Positions 29,387 to 40,932 are shown, numbered from the stretch's first letter. The stretch is 64,000 nucleotides of DNA from Mesobacterium pallidum (GCF_019966535.1 NZ_JAIMID010000014.1:1-64000); one strand, 5' to 3'. Made by a program: numbers and translations. The notes: generated by a model from the letters alone, not told the origin.

Positions 29387-29482
29387 GCTTGGCGTGAGGC
29401 GGCTTTTAGGAAATCACCCGCGCCGGTGCAAGCGGAAACTTGGCCCCGCCCCCGTGTTTTTTCACCGGCCGCACCACCGGGT

Positions 29483-31228
29483 TCAGCCCTGCGCGGGCGC
29501 CGCATCCTCGAGGCGCAACTGCACCGATTGCCGCCCGCCCCAGTGGTTGATCTCGAGCCGCCCGGCAACGTGGAATCGCTGGCCGTTGTGCGCCGCAAGG
29601 CGCGGCCCAATTGGCCCGTCCATCGCACCGAAGCAGATCGAATCGACCGACGCGCCGAGACCGTCCTTGAAGGTGACCTTGAGATGCCCCGTGCCGACTT
29701 CGCGGCAATAGCCGACAGCCAGATCCGGGAAGGCAAAGCGCGGGGCCGAGGCGCCGGCGCCGAAGGGACCGGCCTGTTCGACCTGGTTGATGAGTTCCGG
29801 CGTGGCGGCCCGCGGCATCAGCGTCGCGTCGACCTTCAGGTCCTGCGGCCCCAGCCGGTCGGCGCCCTGTTTCGCCAGTAGCTCGGACAGGCGCGCCATG
29901 GCTTCGTCCAACTTGCCGCGCGCCACGGTCAGGCCGGCCGCCATGCGGTGGCCGCCGCCCTTGATCAGCAACCCCTCGGCCGCGACCTTGTGCACGCTGG
30001 CGCCAAGGTCGATGCCCGACACCGACCGGCCCGAGCCCTTGCCCTCGTCCCCGTCGAGGCCGATCACCACGGCCGGGCGGCCCGTCGCCTCCTTGATGCG
30101 GCTGGCGACGATGCCGACGACGCCCGGGTGCCAGCCCTCGCCCGCGGCCCAGACCAGCGGGCCGTCCAGGCCCCGCTCCTCGGCCTGGGCCAGGGCGGCG
30201 GTGCGGACCTGCGCCTCGATCTCGCGCCGCTCGGTGTTCAACTCGTCCAGCCGGTCAGCCATGGCGCGGGCCTCGACCGGGTCGGCGGTGGCCAGCAGCC
30301 GCGCGCCGAGGTCGGCCTTGCCGATGCGCCCGCCCGCGTTGACGCGCGGGCCCATGAGAAAGCCAAGGTGGTAGGTGCTGGGCGTCGAATCCATCCGCGC
30401 CACGTCGGCGAGAGCCACGAGGCCGGGCCGGTCGCGCCCGGCCATGACGCGCAGGCCCTGCCGGACCAGGGCCCGGTTGACGCCGATCAGCGGCGCCACG
30501 TCGGCCACGGTCGCCAGCGCCACGAGGTCTAGAAGGCCCATCAGGTCCGGCCCCCGTTGCCCCGCCGCGCGCATCTGCCGGCCGCATTCCACCAGCGCAA
30601 GAAAGACGACGCCCGCCGCGCAGAGATGGCCGAGATCGCCGCTTTCGTCCTGCCTGTTCGGGTTCACCACGGCCAGCGCCTCGGGCAGCGTCTCGCCCCC
30701 GAGGTGGTGGTCGAGGATGACCACATCCGCCCCCTGCGCCGCCGCGACCGGGCCATGGCTGAGCGTGCCGCAATCGACGCAGACGATCAGGTCATGGTCC
30801 TTGGCGAGGGCGGCCATGGCGGGTTCGTTGGGCCCGTAGCCTTCGTCGATGCGGTCGGGCACGTACAGCGTCGCCTGCCGGCCCAGCGCCCGCAGCCACC
30901 AGATCAGCAGCGCGGCCGAAGACCCGCCGTCCACGTCGTAATCGGCAAAGATCGCGATGCGCTCGCGCCGCTCAACGGCGGACAGCAGGCGGGCGGCGGC
31001 CTTGGCCATGTCCTTCAGCTCGTGCGGATCGGGCAGGAGGTCGGCCAGCCTGGGCTCGAGGAACCGCCGCGCGTCCCCCGGCGCCACGCCGCGCCGCACC
31101 AGCACCGCGCAGAGCGAGCGCGGCAGGCCGGTCGCCTGCTCCATCGCCTCGGCCTGGCGCTCTGCCTCGACCGAGGGCCCCACCCAGCGCCGCCCGGTCA
31201 GCGACGATTCGACACCCAGATATCCCAT
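29483..31228 (-). CDS. recJ: Single-stranded-DNA-specific exonuclease RecJ
   Basis: DHH/DHHA1 domains (..IAIFADYDVDGGSSAALL.., ..GGGHRMAAGL..), 581 aa. Confidence 0.9.
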   Translation of the reverse strand: MGYLGVESSLTGRRWVGPSVEAERQAEAMEQATGLPRSLCAVLVRRGVAPGDARRFLEPRLADLLPDPHELKDMAKAAARLLSAVERRERIAIFADYDVDGGSSAALLIWWLRALGRQATLYVPDRIDEGYGPNEPAMAALAKDHDLIVCVDCGTLSHGPVAAAQGADVVILDHHLGGETLPEALAVVNPNRQDESGDLGHLCAAGVVFLALVECGRQMRAAGQRGPDLMGLLDLVALATVADVAPLIGVNRALVRQGLRVMAGRDRPGLVALADVARMDSTPSTYHLGFLMGPRVNAGGRIGKADLGARLLATADPVEARAMADRLDELNTERREIEAQVRTAALAQAEERGLDGPLVWAAGEGWHPGVVGIVASRIKEATGRPAVVIGLDGDEGKGSGRSVSGIDLGASVHKVAAEGLLIKGGGHRMAAGLTVARGKLDEAMARLSELLAKQGADRLGPQDLKVDATLMPRAATPELINQVEQAGPFGAGASAPRFAFPDLAVGYCREVGTGHLKVTFKDGLGASVDSICFGAMDGPIGPRLAAHNGQRFHVAGRLEINHWGGRQSVQLRLEDAAPAQG

Positions 31229-31520
31229 GGCCCTGGGGTTTGCCGGATGCGGGGCGCGGGCACAATGGCGCAGATGGCCCGCGGCAGGGCGCCAGCGACC
31301 TGCGGGGCGGGTCGCCGGGACGATGACCCGGGAGGAACAGGGCCGATTGCAAGCGCGACCTTCGGCGTCGGGACCATGGCGACGCCCGATTGGACCGGAT
31401 CGCTTGATCCGTGTGGCGCAACCGGCGCTCGGCTTCGGCCACCGCCATCCGGCTTCTGCCTTGTTGCCATGCTGACCGCGCAGTTCAGGCGATGCGGCAG
31501 CGGGCCGGATCCCCTTTTGA

Positions 31521-32246
31521 TCACCCCCGGTCGCGCAGCCGTTCCGACAGGGATTGCAGGTTGTTCAGCGATTGCAGGTGGATGAAGATCATCTCGAGCT
31601 CATCCGCCTGCAACAGCTGTTGCACCGTCTCGGCCCCGAGCGCCTTGAGCCGGTCCCGGTTCACCGCGGAAAAGCCGTTCAGGCGCCGCGTCTCGCCCGC
31701 CGGGGTCGTGTAGCTGGCCTGCATCGGCTCGAGCAGCCCAAGCTCGGCCAGGCGCTTGCAGAAGGCTCCGGTGCGCAGGAACTGGGCCTGGTAGTCCCGG
31801 GCAAAGTCCAGCACGCCTTGCAGGTAGACGGTCCGTTCGCCCCGGCTGTCGAACAGGCGCTCGCCTTCGTTGTCGGTGTTGATCCCGTCATGCTCGGTAT
31901 CGATGCAGAGCGTGAGCGCCCCCTCCTCCTGGCCCGCGGCAAAGACAAAGGGATAGCGGCGAATAAGGGCCGGAAGGTAGCGCCCGGTCCAGCGGCCATC
32001 CTCGGCGACGAACAGGTTCTGCACCTCGGCGAGGCCCAGGATCACCACGGGAAAGGCGGTTGTGCCCGCGCCGGCAAAGACGATGGTGCCCTCGACCGCA
32101 GCCGCGCGGAACTCGGCCGCGACCAGCGGCACCGAGTTGACACTTCGGGCAAAGCCGTAGGCGCCCTCGGTCCGGATCGAGACATCGCGATGCGCCGTAT
32201 TCGACAGCGGCACGGCGTTCTTGTAGAACAGAAGTTGCTGGGTCAT
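31521..32246 (-). CDS. SapC-family protein
   Basis: MTQQLLFYKNAVPLSNTAHRD.. SapC family signature, 241 aa. Confidence 0.7.
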   Translation of the reverse strand: MTQQLLFYKNAVPLSNTAHRDVSIRTEGAYGFARSVNSVPLVAAEFRAAAVEGTIVFAGAGTTAFPVVILGLAEVQNLFVAEDGRWTGRYLPALIRRYPFVFAAGQEEGALTLCIDTEHDGINTDNEGERLFDSRGERTVYLQGVLDFARDYQAQFLRTGAFCKRLAELGLLEPMQASYTTPAGETRRLNGFSAVNRDRLKALGAETVQQLLQADELEMIFIHLQSLNNLQSLSERLRDRG

Positions 32247-32782
32247 CGGGAAATCCTCTGGTGATGTGGCTTGGGTCGAAATGCGCGGTGTGCCGACGCA
32301 GTGTCAGCGATCGGTGCGCCCGGTTTCAAGGGGATTTCGCGCGGACGCGGCCCGCGACATGCGTGTTGCCCGACGCGCTAGTCCAGCTTGCGCCCGGCTG
32401 AGCCGGCCATACGATGGTTCCCGCGGAACAAGCGAGACTCCCATTCTTGCCACGAAACTTTCCGGCGGGTGGCGACGCCTGCCCTGGCCGCGTGTTTGCC
32501 TGCTCGGCCTCGCCCCGGCAGCCACCTGCGCCCTTGCGGGCGAGGCCGACCAGCCGGTGGTGCGGGCCGACGCTCTCGACCGGCAAGCCGCCGCCCTTCT
32601 GGCCGAACAGGTCGTTCAAGTGACACTCTGGTCCCCCGTCCTGCCCCGCGCCATCAAATATTTCTCAAGGGATTGAGCTTGGCCACTGGGGTCCGAGAGG
32701 CGCGATCGCCCCTTTGCCGGTCTGCGCCTGCACCGGTGCAACGACAGGGAGCGGCCTGATTTTCCGGAAGACCCCGGTCAGA

Positions 32783-32869
32783 TGGTGCGGTCGAGAAGAC
32801 TCGAACTTCCACGGGAGTTACCCCACAGCGACCTCAACGCTGCGCGTCTACCAATTCCGCCACGACCGC
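32783..32869 (-). tRNA. tRNA-Leu (anticodon GAG), long variable arm, CCA encoded
   Basis: Minus-strand fold: GCGGTCG-TG-GCGG AATTGGTAGA CGC-GCAGCG TTGAGGT CGCTGT-GGGGTAACTCCCGT-GGAAG TTCGAGT CTTCT-CGACCGC-A-CCA. Confidence 0.8.
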
Positions 32870-33059
32870 ACTGTCCTGACTTGGTGAGGCCGCTCAATAG
32901 CGAAGGATTCGGCGGATGTGAAGCGCAAATTTCACCCTCTCGCAGGTTCTTTCCCGCCGCCTCGAATCGCGTCCCGTGGCTCACTTCTCCGGCATTCCGA
33001 CCCGGCGCCTCGCCCCGCGCGCCGGGCCCCTCTTGCCAAGTCCGGCCTCGAGGCGCACC

Positions 33060-33713
33060 ATGTCTGGCATGACCAAATCCATCCGCATCGATTTCGTATC
33101 GGACGTCGTTTGCCCCTGGTGCATCGTCGCCCATGGCCAGCTGCAGGAGGCCGCGCTTCGCACCGGCATCCCGCTGCAGATCCATTGGCACCCGTTCGAG
33201 CTGAACCCCTCAATGCCGCCCTCGGGCCAGGACATGCGCAGCTACCTCGCGACCAAGTACGGCATCACGCCCGAGCAGAGCGCACGCAACCGCGCCCAGC
33301 TGATCGAGCTCGGCGCCGAGGTGGGATTTGCCTTCTCCTACCCGCAGGACATGCGGGTGGTGAACACCTTCCACGCGCACCAGCTGATCGACTGGGCACG
33401 GATCAAGGGCGACCAGGCCCTGGTCAAGATGGCGCTCTTCCGCGCCTATTTCACCGAGAACCGCGATGTCTCGGACCTGTCGGTCCTGGCCGAGCTGGCC
33501 GAGGAATGCGGCCTCGACGGCGCCGAGGCTCAAGAGGTGCTGGCCCGGGGCGAACGCGCCGCCGACGTGCGCGCGATGCAGCAGTTCTGGCTCGCGAAGG
33601 GCATCGACTCGGCCCCTTCGCTGGTCTTCCAGCAGAAATACCTGGTGACCGGCGCCCAGGGCATCGAGGGCTATACCGAGCTGCTGACCGAACTGCACGA
33701 CGAACACGCCTGA
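33060..33713 (+). CDS. DsbA-family thiol:disulfide oxidoreductase (FrnE/2-hydroxychromene-2-carboxylate isomerase-like)
   Basis: ..[19 protein letters not shown].. CxxC thioredoxin fold, 217 aa. Confidence 0.8.
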   Translation: MSGMTKSIRIDFVSDVVCPWCIVAHGQLQEAALRTGIPLQIHWHPFELNPSMPPSGQDMRSYLATKYGITPEQSARNRAQLIELGAEVGFAFSYPQDMRVVNTFHAHQLIDWARIKGDQALVKMALFRAYFTENRDVSDLSVLAELAEECGLDGAEAQEVLARGERAADVRAMQQFWLAKGIDSAPSLVFQQKYLVTGAQGIEGYTELLTELHDEHA

Positions 33714-33794
33714 AAGAAGCACGACACCGGGCCGCGCCTCGGTTCCGGCCGGCCCAACGCGCCCTGTCTTTTTGCACGACCTCCGGCCTCATCG

Positions 33795-33856
33795 CGCCCC
33801 CAGCCCTTCATTGTTTCTCAAATACCTCGGGGAGCCCGAGGGGCAGCGCCCCTCGG
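33795..33856 (+). repeat. Dispersed intergenic repeat, partial copy (right module CTTCATTGTTTCTCAAATACCTCGGGG plus GAGGGGCAGCGCCCCTC hairpin)
   Basis: Matches the right module and terminal hairpin of the copy at 61071-61195. Confidence 0.55.
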
Positions 33857-34107
33857 TCCCGCACCGTCCGCCTGCGCCTCGGTCCCCTTGCCTACTCCCC
33901 ACGACCGCCTTGGTCCCGTCGCACCTCGGGGAGCGAGGGGCTGGCCTCTCGCTCTCGCCCCCTCCACGCGCCCGCCGCGGCCACACTGGCGAACCCCGCT
34001 CAACGCGCGCCAACCGGGCGGCGGCGCAGCCGCCGCCCGCCGGTCGGATCGCCCCCGGCGATCCGAAATCCCTTTCCCTCGACCTCGACCGGGATTATCC
34101 CGGGGCC

Positions 34108-34794
34108 ATGGTAGAGTGGATCATCACCGACGGGCTGACCGATTACGCCGAGGCCCTGCAGTTTATGGAATCGCGGGCCGGTGCGATCGCCGCCGGCACC
34201 GCCGAAGAATGCATCTGGCTGGTCGAGCATCCGCCGCTCTACACCGCCGGCACCTCGGCCAGGCCCGAGGACCTGACCGACCCCGACCGCTTCCCGGTCT
34301 ATGAGGCACGGCGCGGCGGGCAATATACCTATCACGGGCCAGGCCAGCGCGTGGTCTACGTGATGCTCGACCTCGGCAAGCGCGGCCGCGACCTGCGCCG
34401 TTTCGTGCAACAGCTCGAGGACTGGGTGATCGCCACGCTCGGCACCTTCAACCTGCGCGGCGAGATCCGCGAGGGCCGCGTGGGCGTCTGGATCACCCGG
34501 CCCGACCGCCCCGCCAATGCCGACGGCTCCCCCGCCGAGGACAAGATCGCCGCCATCGGCATCCGCCTGCGCCGCTGGGTCAGCTTCCACGGCATCTCGA
34601 TCAACGTCGACCCGGATCTCGAGCATTTCTCGGGCATCGTGCCTTGCGGCATCCGCGACCACGGGGTCACCAGCCTGGTGGACCTCGGGTTGCCGGTGAC
34701 GATGGATGACCTCGACGTGGCGCTCCGCCAGTGCTTCGACGAGGTCTTCGCGTCGGGCTCAGCCCCGGCCCCTGCGACACATAGTGACATTTGA
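34108..34794 (+). CDS. lipB: Octanoyltransferase (lipoyl(octanoyl) transferase)
   Basis: [17 protein letters not shown].. ..[13 protein letters not shown].. LipB family, 228 aa. Confidence 0.85.
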   Translation: MVEWIITDGLTDYAEALQFMESRAGAIAAGTAEECIWLVEHPPLYTAGTSARPEDLTDPDRFPVYEARRGGQYTYHGPGQRVVYVMLDLGKRGRDLRRFVQQLEDWVIATLGTFNLRGEIREGRVGVWITRPDRPANADGSPAEDKIAAIGIRLRRWVSFHGISINVDPDLEHFSGIVPCGIRDHGVTSLVDLGLPVTMDDLDVALRQCFDEVFASGSAPAPATHSDI

Positions 34795-34849
34795 ATATCA
34801 CGCCAGCCTGCCTAGATACCGGACGTCACATCCGTTCCGGGAGGCCACC

Positions 34850-35071
34850 ATGCCCAGCCGCAAGCACCACCTGACGTTCACCCTGATCCTGACCGGATTC
34901 ATGACCCTGATCGTGGCCGGCATCTCGGTGCTGCGCGCCAATGGCCTCGGGCCCGATTACATGCCGATCTGGATCTCGTCCTGGCTGTTCAGCTGGGCCA
35001 TCGCCTTTCCGACCATGGCCATCGCCGCGCCGAAGGTGCGCAAGCTGACCACGCAGTTGGTCGGCGCCTGA
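34850..35071 (+). CDS. DUF2798-like small membrane protein
   Basis: MPSRKHHLTFTLILTGFMTLIVAGISVL.. two TM helices, 73 aa. Confidence 0.5.
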   Translation: MPSRKHHLTFTLILTGFMTLIVAGISVLRANGLGPDYMPIWISSWLFSWAIAFPTMAIAAPKVRKLTTQLVGA

Positions 35072-35148
35072 CCAAGGCCCCTGCCCCATTCACGACGAAC
35101 GCCGGCCCCGCGAGGGACCGGCGTTCTTTTCCTTCCGGCAGGTCGGGC

Positions 35149-36078
35149 TCAGGCCGCGGCGCGGGCGCTGGTCTTGCCGATCATCAGGTCGAGGTTCTGC
35201 ACAGCCGCGCCCGAGGCGCCCTTGCCGAGGTTGTCGAGCACGGCGATCACCACGACGCGCCCCGTGGCCGCGTCTCCGCGGACGTGCAACTGCATCTGGT
35301 TGGTGTCGTTCAGCGCCGTCGGCACGATGCGCGAGGCCTGGTCGGCCAGGTCCGCGACCGAGACCTCTCCGCCCGCCGGGTAATGCGCGGCCAGCGCGCC
35401 GTGCACGTCCTCTATCGTCGGCGTACCGGGCAGCAGGCCCAGGTGCAGAGGCACCTGCACCGCCATGCCCTGCGCGAAGTTCCCGACCGAAGGCACAAAG
35501 ATCGGGTGACGCGACAGTTTCGCGTATTCCATGATCTCGGGCAGGTGCTTGTGGGTCTGGCCGGTGGCGTAGATGAAGGCGTCCGGCGCCTCGCCCGCGT
35601 CGTATTCGCCGATCAGCGCCTTGCCGCCGCCGGTATAGCCCGAGATCGCGTTGATCGTGACGCCGTGGTCGGCGGGCACCAGCCCGGCCGCCACCAGGGG
35701 CGCGAGGATCGCGATGGCCCCGGTCGAATAGCACCCCGGGTTGGCGACGTAGCGCGCGGCGGCGATCCGCTCGGCCTGGCCGGCGGACAGCTCGGGAAAG
35801 CCGAAGACCCAGTCCGGGTTCACCCGGTGCGCGGTCGAGGCGTCGATGATCCGGGTGCCCAAGTCCTTCGACAGCGCCACCGCCTCGATCGCGGCGGCAT
35901 CGGGCAGGCACAGGATCGCCACGTCGGCGGCGCCAAAGGCGTCACGTCGCGCATCGGCATCCTTGCGCAGGTCGGGGTCGATCTGGATCAGCTCCACATC
36001 CGCCCGGTCCTGCAGCCGTTCGCGGATCTGAAGCCCGGTGGTGCCGGCCTCTCCGTCGATGAATACCTTTGCTGCCAT
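35149..36078 (-). CDS. argC: N-acetyl-gamma-glutamyl-phosphate reductase (short form)
   Basis: [22 protein letters not shown].. ..[11 protein letters not shown].. type-2 ArgC, 309 aa. Confidence 0.9.
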   Translation of the reverse strand: MAAKVFIDGEAGTTGLQIRERLQDRADVELIQIDPDLRKDADARRDAFGAADVAILCLPDAAAIEAVALSKDLGTRIIDASTAHRVNPDWVFGFPELSAGQAERIAAARYVANPGCYSTGAIAILAPLVAAGLVPADHGVTINAISGYTGGGKALIGEYDAGEAPDAFIYATGQTHKHLPEIMEYAKLSRHPIFVPSVGNFAQGMAVQVPLHLGLLPGTPTIEDVHGALAAHYPAGGEVSVADLADQASRIVPTALNDTNQMQLHVRGDAATGRVVVIAVLDNLGKGASGAAVQNLDLMIGKTSARAAA

Positions 36079-36630
36079 GGTCGCCTCCAGTCATGAGGGG
36101 TGGGTTCGCGCGTGCTATAGCGGATAATCCCGCGGGCGACAAACAAAGACGCAGGTGGCGCGATTCCCTACGCGCGACGGGGCGCGCGACCCTGCAGAGA
36201 TGCGCCCTGCGACGATTCGCTCGCCCGAACTTGCCGCGGGCGCCCGGCACCCGGCCGGGCCTTTCGCGGGGACCGACGCGCCCGGCACAGGCCTGTTGGG
36301 GGGCCGAACCGCCACCCCGCCGCGAAGGACGCCCGGGTCGACCATCGAGTCGCACAGCGGCATGCACGGCAGCGTCCCGGTCAGTCGGCGCAAAGGCCAG
36401 CAGCCTGTCGGGCGGCGGCGCCGCGCCCCCGGTGGACACCGATATCGCGGCAAGGCGATCTGGTCCGGCCACACCCTTTCCAGACGGTGAAAGGCGATTC
36501 GACAATGCGACATTGTTATAAGTGTACCTTGCGGCGCCGAGTGCTAGGTTACCTCTCACGCAAGGCCCGCGCCCAGCGCAGGCCGCACAGGTACGACCCG
36601 GAGAGATCCAGAAAGGGAAAGGTCAACCCC

Positions 36631-37056
36631 ATGAAATTCCTAACCATTCTTCCCGCCGCTATCGTGGCCCTTGCCACCCCCGTGCTGGCCGAAAGCCACA
36701 TGGGCGCCGGCGACCCCGCAGCAGGCGAAGACGTCTACAAGAAATGCCGCTCGTGCCACGCCGTGGTCTCGCCCGATGGCGAAACCATCCAGAAAGGCGG
36801 CAAGACCGGCCCGAATCTCTACGGCATCATCGGCAAGCCGATGGGCGCGGACCCCGATTTCCGCTACTCGGACCTGCTGGAAGCGGCGAACGAACAGGGC
36901 CTCGTCTGGGATGCCGCCTCGCTCGCGGCCTACGTGGTCGACCCGACCGCCTACCTGCAGGAAGTGACCGGAGAGAGCGGCCGCTCCAAGATGACGCTCA
37001 AGCTCAACAAGGGCGGCGAGGACGTGGCGGCCTACCTCGCGTCGGTCGCCGAGTAA
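36631..37056 (+). CDS. Soluble class I c-type cytochrome (cytochrome c2/c550-like)
   Basis: Signal peptide MKFLTILPAAIVALATPVLA, a single CRSCH heme-binding motif and a downstream Met ligand. Terminator at 37068-37107. Confidence 0.8.
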   Translation: MKFLTILPAAIVALATPVLAESHMGAGDPAAGEDVYKKCRSCHAVVSPDGETIQKGGKTGPNLYGIIGKPMGADPDFRYSDLLEAANEQGLVWDAASLAAYVVDPTAYLQEVTGESGRSKMTLKLNKGGEDVAAYLASVAE

Positions 37057-37067
37057 CCGCGACATCA

Positions 37068-37107
37068 TGACCGCGCCGAAGACCCCTTTCGGCGCGGTCT
37101 TTTTTTG
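37068..37107 (+). terminator. Rho-independent terminator after the cytochrome c gene
   Basis: GACCGCGCCGAA-GACCCCT-TTCGGCGCGGTC followed by TTTTTTT. Confidence 0.75.
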
Positions 37108-37223
37108 ATCTGCGTCAAATCAGAACATTGCCGGGGTCCCGGTAACATTCTAGAACGGCGATCAATGGGGAGGTTCCGCGTCTGCGGCCGCCACCCGTCC
37201 GTCAACACCAGCAGGAGGCTTTC

Positions 37224-38894
37224 ATGGCAGACGCAGCCATCCATGGCCACGAACACGAGGACAACCGGGGGTTCTTTACCCGTTGGTTCATGTCCACGAA
37301 CCACAAGGACATCGGTGTCCTTTACCTGATCACCTCGGCCCTCGTCGGCCTTCTCTCGGTCGCGTTCACCGTCTACATGCGGCTCGAACTGATGAACCCG
37401 GGCGTGCAGTTCATGTGCCTCGAAGGCGCGCGGCTGTTCCCCTCGGCGGCCGAATGTACCCCGAACGGGCACCTGTGGAACGTGATGATCACGTATCACG
37501 GCGTGCTGATGATGTTCTTCGTGGTGATTCCGGCGCTCTTCGGCGGCTTCGGCAACTACTTCATGCCGCTGCAGATCGGCGCGCCGGACATGTCCTTCCC
37601 GCGCATGAACAACCTCAGCTACTGGCTCTACGTGGCCGGCACGCTGCTGGGTGTCGCCTCGCTGTTCGCCCCCGGCGGCAACGACCAGCTCGGATCGGGC
37701 GTGGGCTGGGTGCTTTACCCGCCGCTTTCCACCTCCGAAGGCGGCTTCTCCATGGATCTCGCGATCTTCGCGGTGCACGTCTCGGGCGCCTCGTCGATCC
37801 TGGGTGCGATCAACATCATCACCACATTCCTGAACATGCGTGCCCCCGGCATGACCCTGTTCAAGGTGCCGCTGTTTGCCTGGTCGATCTTCGTGACCGC
37901 CTGGCTGATCCTGCTGGCCCTGCCGGTGCTGGCCGGTGCCATCACCATGCTGCTTACCGACCGGAACTTCGGCACGACCTTCTTCCAGCCGTCCGGCGGT
38001 GGTGACCCGATCCTCTACCAGCACATCCTGTGGTTCTTCGGCCACCCCGAGGTCTACATCGTCGTGCTGCCCGGCTTCGGCCTGATCAGCCACGTCATCG
38101 CGACCTTCTCGAAGAAGCCCGTCTTCGGCTACCTGCCGATGGTCTGGGCGCTGATCGCCATCGGCGCCATCGGCTTCGTCGTCTGGGCGCACCACATGTA
38201 CACCGTGGGCATGTCGCTGCAGCAGCAGAGCTACTTCATGCTGGCCACCATGGTCATCGCCGTTCCGACGGGCGTGAAGATCTTCAGCTGGATCGCGACG
38301 ATGTGGGGCGGCTCGATCGAGTTCAAGACGCCGATGCTCTTTGCCTTCGGCTTCCTGTTCCTCTTCACCATCGGTGGCGTGACCGGGATCGTCCTTTCGC
38401 AAGCGGGCATCGACCGGGCCTACCATGACACCTACTACGTCGTGGCGCACTTCCACTACACCATGTCGATGGGCGCGGCCTTCACCATCTTTGCCGGCGT
38501 CTACTACTACATCGGCAAGATGTCGGGCCGTCAGTACCCGGAATTCTGGGGCAAGGTGCACTTCTGGCTGTTCTTCGTCGGCGTGAACCTGACGTTCTTC
38601 CCGCAGCACTTCCTGGGCCGCCAGGGCATGCCGCGCCGCTACATCGACTACCCGGAGGCCTTTGCCTACTGGAACAAGATCTCGTCGACCGGTGCGCTGC
38701 TGTCCTTTGCCTCGTTCCTGCTGTTCTTCGGGATCGTGATCTACACTGTGTTCCGCGGTGCGAAGGTGACCCAGAACAACTACTGGAACGAATACGCGGA
38801 CACGCTGGAATGGACCCTGCCCAGCCCGCCGCCCGAGCACACGTTCGAAATCCTCCCCAAGCAGGAGGAATGGGACAAGGCGCATTCGCACTGA
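37224..38894 (+). CDS. ctaD: Cytochrome c oxidase subunit I (aa3-type)
   Basis: Full-length CoxI with conserved His ligands (..WFFGHPEVY.., ..HHMYTVG..). AGGAGG RBS. Terminator at 38918-38946. Confidence 0.95.
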   Translation: MADAAIHGHEHEDNRGFFTRWFMSTNHKDIGVLYLITSALVGLLSVAFTVYMRLELMNPGVQFMCLEGARLFPSAAECTPNGHLWNVMITYHGVLMMFFVVIPALFGGFGNYFMPLQIGAPDMSFPRMNNLSYWLYVAGTLLGVASLFAPGGNDQLGSGVGWVLYPPLSTSEGGFSMDLAIFAVHVSGASSILGAINIITTFLNMRAPGMTLFKVPLFAWSIFVTAWLILLALPVLAGAITMLLTDRNFGTTFFQPSGGGDPILYQHILWFFGHPEVYIVVLPGFGLISHVIATFSKKPVFGYLPMVWALIAIGAIGFVVWAHHMYTVGMSLQQQSYFMLATMVIAVPTGVKIFSWIATMWGGSIEFKTPMLFAFGFLFLFTIGGVTGIVLSQAGIDRAYHDTYYVVAHFHYTMSMGAAFTIFAGVYYYIGKMSGRQYPEFWGKVHFWLFFVGVNLTFFPQHFLGRQGMPRRYIDYPEAFAYWNKISSTGALLSFASFLLFFGIVIYTVFRGAKVTQNNYWNEYADTLEWTLPSPPPEHTFEILPKQEEWDKAHSH

Positions 38895-38917
38895 TCCCCT
38901 TCGGATAGGACATGAAA

Positions 38918-38946
38918 GGCCCCGGCATCCCGTCGGGGCCTTTTTC
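38918..38946 (+). terminator. Rho-independent terminator after ctaD
   Basis: GGCCCCG-GCATCCCGT-CGGGGCC followed by TTTTTCGTTT. Confidence 0.7.
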
Positions 38947-39085
38947 GTTTCCCCGCCTTGTCCTGCGACGGCCCCTCCGGGTCGGCAAGGCGCGCGCCTG
39001 TCACGCGACTGCCCCCCCCTGGGACCGGCAGGGGCCGGCAACTGGTCGCATCGCCGCAAAGGTGCCATTGCGCTACATCTCTGCC

Positions 39086-39586
39086 ATGCCCTACGAATGG
39101 ACGCCCCTCTCTGACCGGCCGGGCCGACGTCTTTTGCTCTGGCCCTACCGCTCCCTGCCCCGCCGCGGCTTTGCCGCGACGATCCTGGGACTGTTCGTGC
39201 TGATCACCATCCCGCTTTACGGGGTCATCGGGACCATGTTGCTGTGGGGGCTGCTGCCCTTTGCCATGGCCGCCGTGGGCGCGCTGTGGTGGGGGCTCGA
39301 GAGGTCCTACAAGGACGCCGAGATCCTCGAGGAACTGATCCTGACGCCCGAGCTGGCGCAACTGACCCGGACCGAGCCCAGGGGCGACCGCAAGGAATGG
39401 GAATGCAACAGCTATTGGACGCAGGTTACGATGCATGCCCATGGCGGACCGGTGCCGCATTACGTGACGCTCAAGGGCTCGGGCCGCGAAGTCGAAATCG
39501 GCGCCTTCCTGTCCGAGCCCGAGCGCAAGGCGCTTTACGTCGAGCTGGACGATGCCCTTCGGGACGTGAACCGGCCGGTCGGTTGA
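39086..39586 (+). CDS. DUF2244-like membrane protein (commonly linked to cytochrome oxidase genes)
   Basis: MPYEWTPLSDRPGRRLLLWPYRSLPRRGFAATILGLFVLITIPLYGVIG.. two TM helices plus a soluble domain. Confidence 0.6.
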   Translation: MPYEWTPLSDRPGRRLLLWPYRSLPRRGFAATILGLFVLITIPLYGVIGTMLLWGLLPFAMAAVGALWWGLERSYKDAEILEELILTPELAQLTRTEPRGDRKEWECNSYWTQVTMHAHGGPVPHYVTLKGSGREVEIGAFLSEPERKALYVELDDALRDVNRPVG

Positions 39587-39777
39587 CCGCCGACGCTTTC
39601 GCCCCGTCCCGCTTGGCGCGTGCCGCAGGCACGGGCCGCGCCCGACCCTCCCCCCGGGAGGGCGCATGTGCAACGGCCCGCGTAGAAATGACGTGGTCGC
39701 GTTTCGCGAGGGTCCGCATCTTCCAAAGGTCACGACGCGCCCACACAGGGTCGGGCGTGCCCCTTACCACCTGGACC

Positions 39778-40932
39778 CTACGGCAGCTTGTCCTCATGAC
39801 GGCGGGTCAGCAGGGCTGCCAGCCGCTCCGGCAGCGTGTCGTCGATGGGCTGGCCCACGTCGCCGAACAGGAACTCGTGCCGCAGGTAGTAGAGAAAATG
39901 ATCCCGCAGCTCGGGGTCCGGCGTCCAGCCGGAAAGCCCCGACAGCACCTCGGCCAGTTCATCGGCATTGCCGGCAGTCTTGACCAGCCCCGGCACCACG
40001 TAGCAGGCCTGCCCCAGCAGCACCGTCGGCTTGCCCAGTGCCAGGCTCTCGATCCCCACGGTCGAGTTGATCGTCAGCACCCCGGCCGCCTCGCGGATCA
40101 ACTCTCCGGTCGGGCGGCCGTTCTGGAACAGGATGCGCGGATGCTGCCGCACCTTGTCCCAGAGCGCGTTGCGCGTCATCGGGTGTTCCTTGACCACGAA
40201 CACCTGCTCCGGCAGCCGCTCGACCATCTCGAGCAGGATGTCGTGGAAATGCGCCATCGAGCTCACCCAGGGCGAAAGCCGCGTGATCTGCATGTCGCTG
40301 TCCACCTGGAACGGCACGAAGACCGTCCCCTCGGGCAGGGCCACCGCGTCATGGATGTCGTGCTTGGCGTCACGCACGTTCAGCTCGGGCGGGGCGATCT
40401 CTCCGTCCGGCTGGAAGCGGCGGTAGAACTCGGCGTCGCGGGGAAGCGAATTCAAGGCGTTGATGCCGCGGTTGTCGATCTGCATCGTACCGCGGAAATA
40501 GCCGTTCTCGATCCAGAGGCAGCGGCCCTCGGGGGCCACGTGTTCCAGCACGGAATCGGGCACGTTGGTGCCGTTGTAGACGATGGCGACCGGGTTCTCG
40601 GTTGCCTCCCAGGTGTCGCGTATCAGCTCTTCGGCCAGCCGCGCATGATGCGCCTTGCGCCAGAGATAGACGTTGTGCAGCCAGCCGCCTTCGGCAAAGG
40701 CCCGTCCCATGCGCGCCATCTTGCGCGCCACGTTCGCCCGCGCCATGTCGTAGCAATGTTCCGGCGGGCGCCGCAGCATCAGCTTGAGATAGGCCAGCCG
40801 ACCGTCGCGCGCGATCACGTGACGGCGCGCACGCGACATGCGCGCGTCGACCACCCGCAGGTGCCCGGCAAGCGAGGCCTGCAGGCTCTGGAAGCGCGAA
40901 GTGCGCAACATGACGTAGGTCGGAATCGACAT
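39778..40932 (-). CDS. Capsule polysaccharide biosynthesis protein, KpsS/LpsZ family
   Basis: Capsule_synth (PF05159)-like body (..VAIVYNGTNVPDSVLEH.., ..VFVPFQVDSDMQI.., ..VLTINSTVGIESLALGKPTVLLG..). Start at MSIPTYVML; the upstream part of the track ORF is not native. Confidence 0.75.
   Translation of the reverse strand: MSIPTYVMLRTSRFQSLQASLAGHLRVVDARMSRARRHVIARDGRLAYLKLMLRRPPEHCYDMARANVARKMARMGRAFAEGGWLHNVYLWRKAHHARLAEELIRDTWEATENPVAIVYNGTNVPDSVLEHVAPEGRCLWIENGYFRGTMQIDNRGINALNSLPRDAEFYRRFQPDGEIAPPELNVRDAKHDIHDAVALPEGTVFVPFQVDSDMQITRLSPWVSSMAHFHDILLEMVERLPEQVFVVKEHPMTRNALWDKVRQHPRILFQNGRPTGELIREAAGVLTINSTVGIESLALGKPTVLLGQACYVVPGLVKTAGNADELAEVLSGLSGWTPDPELRDHFLYYLRHEFLFGDVGQPIDDTLPERLAALLTRRHEDKLP

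Noticed and set aside
36079-36630. 550-bp intergenic region upstream of the cytochrome c gene with an AT-rich TTCGACA..TTGTTATAAG segment
   Set aside because: It is probably just the cytochrome c promoter or leader. The hexamer spacing does not give a clean sigma-70 match, and no ncRNA signature was recognised.
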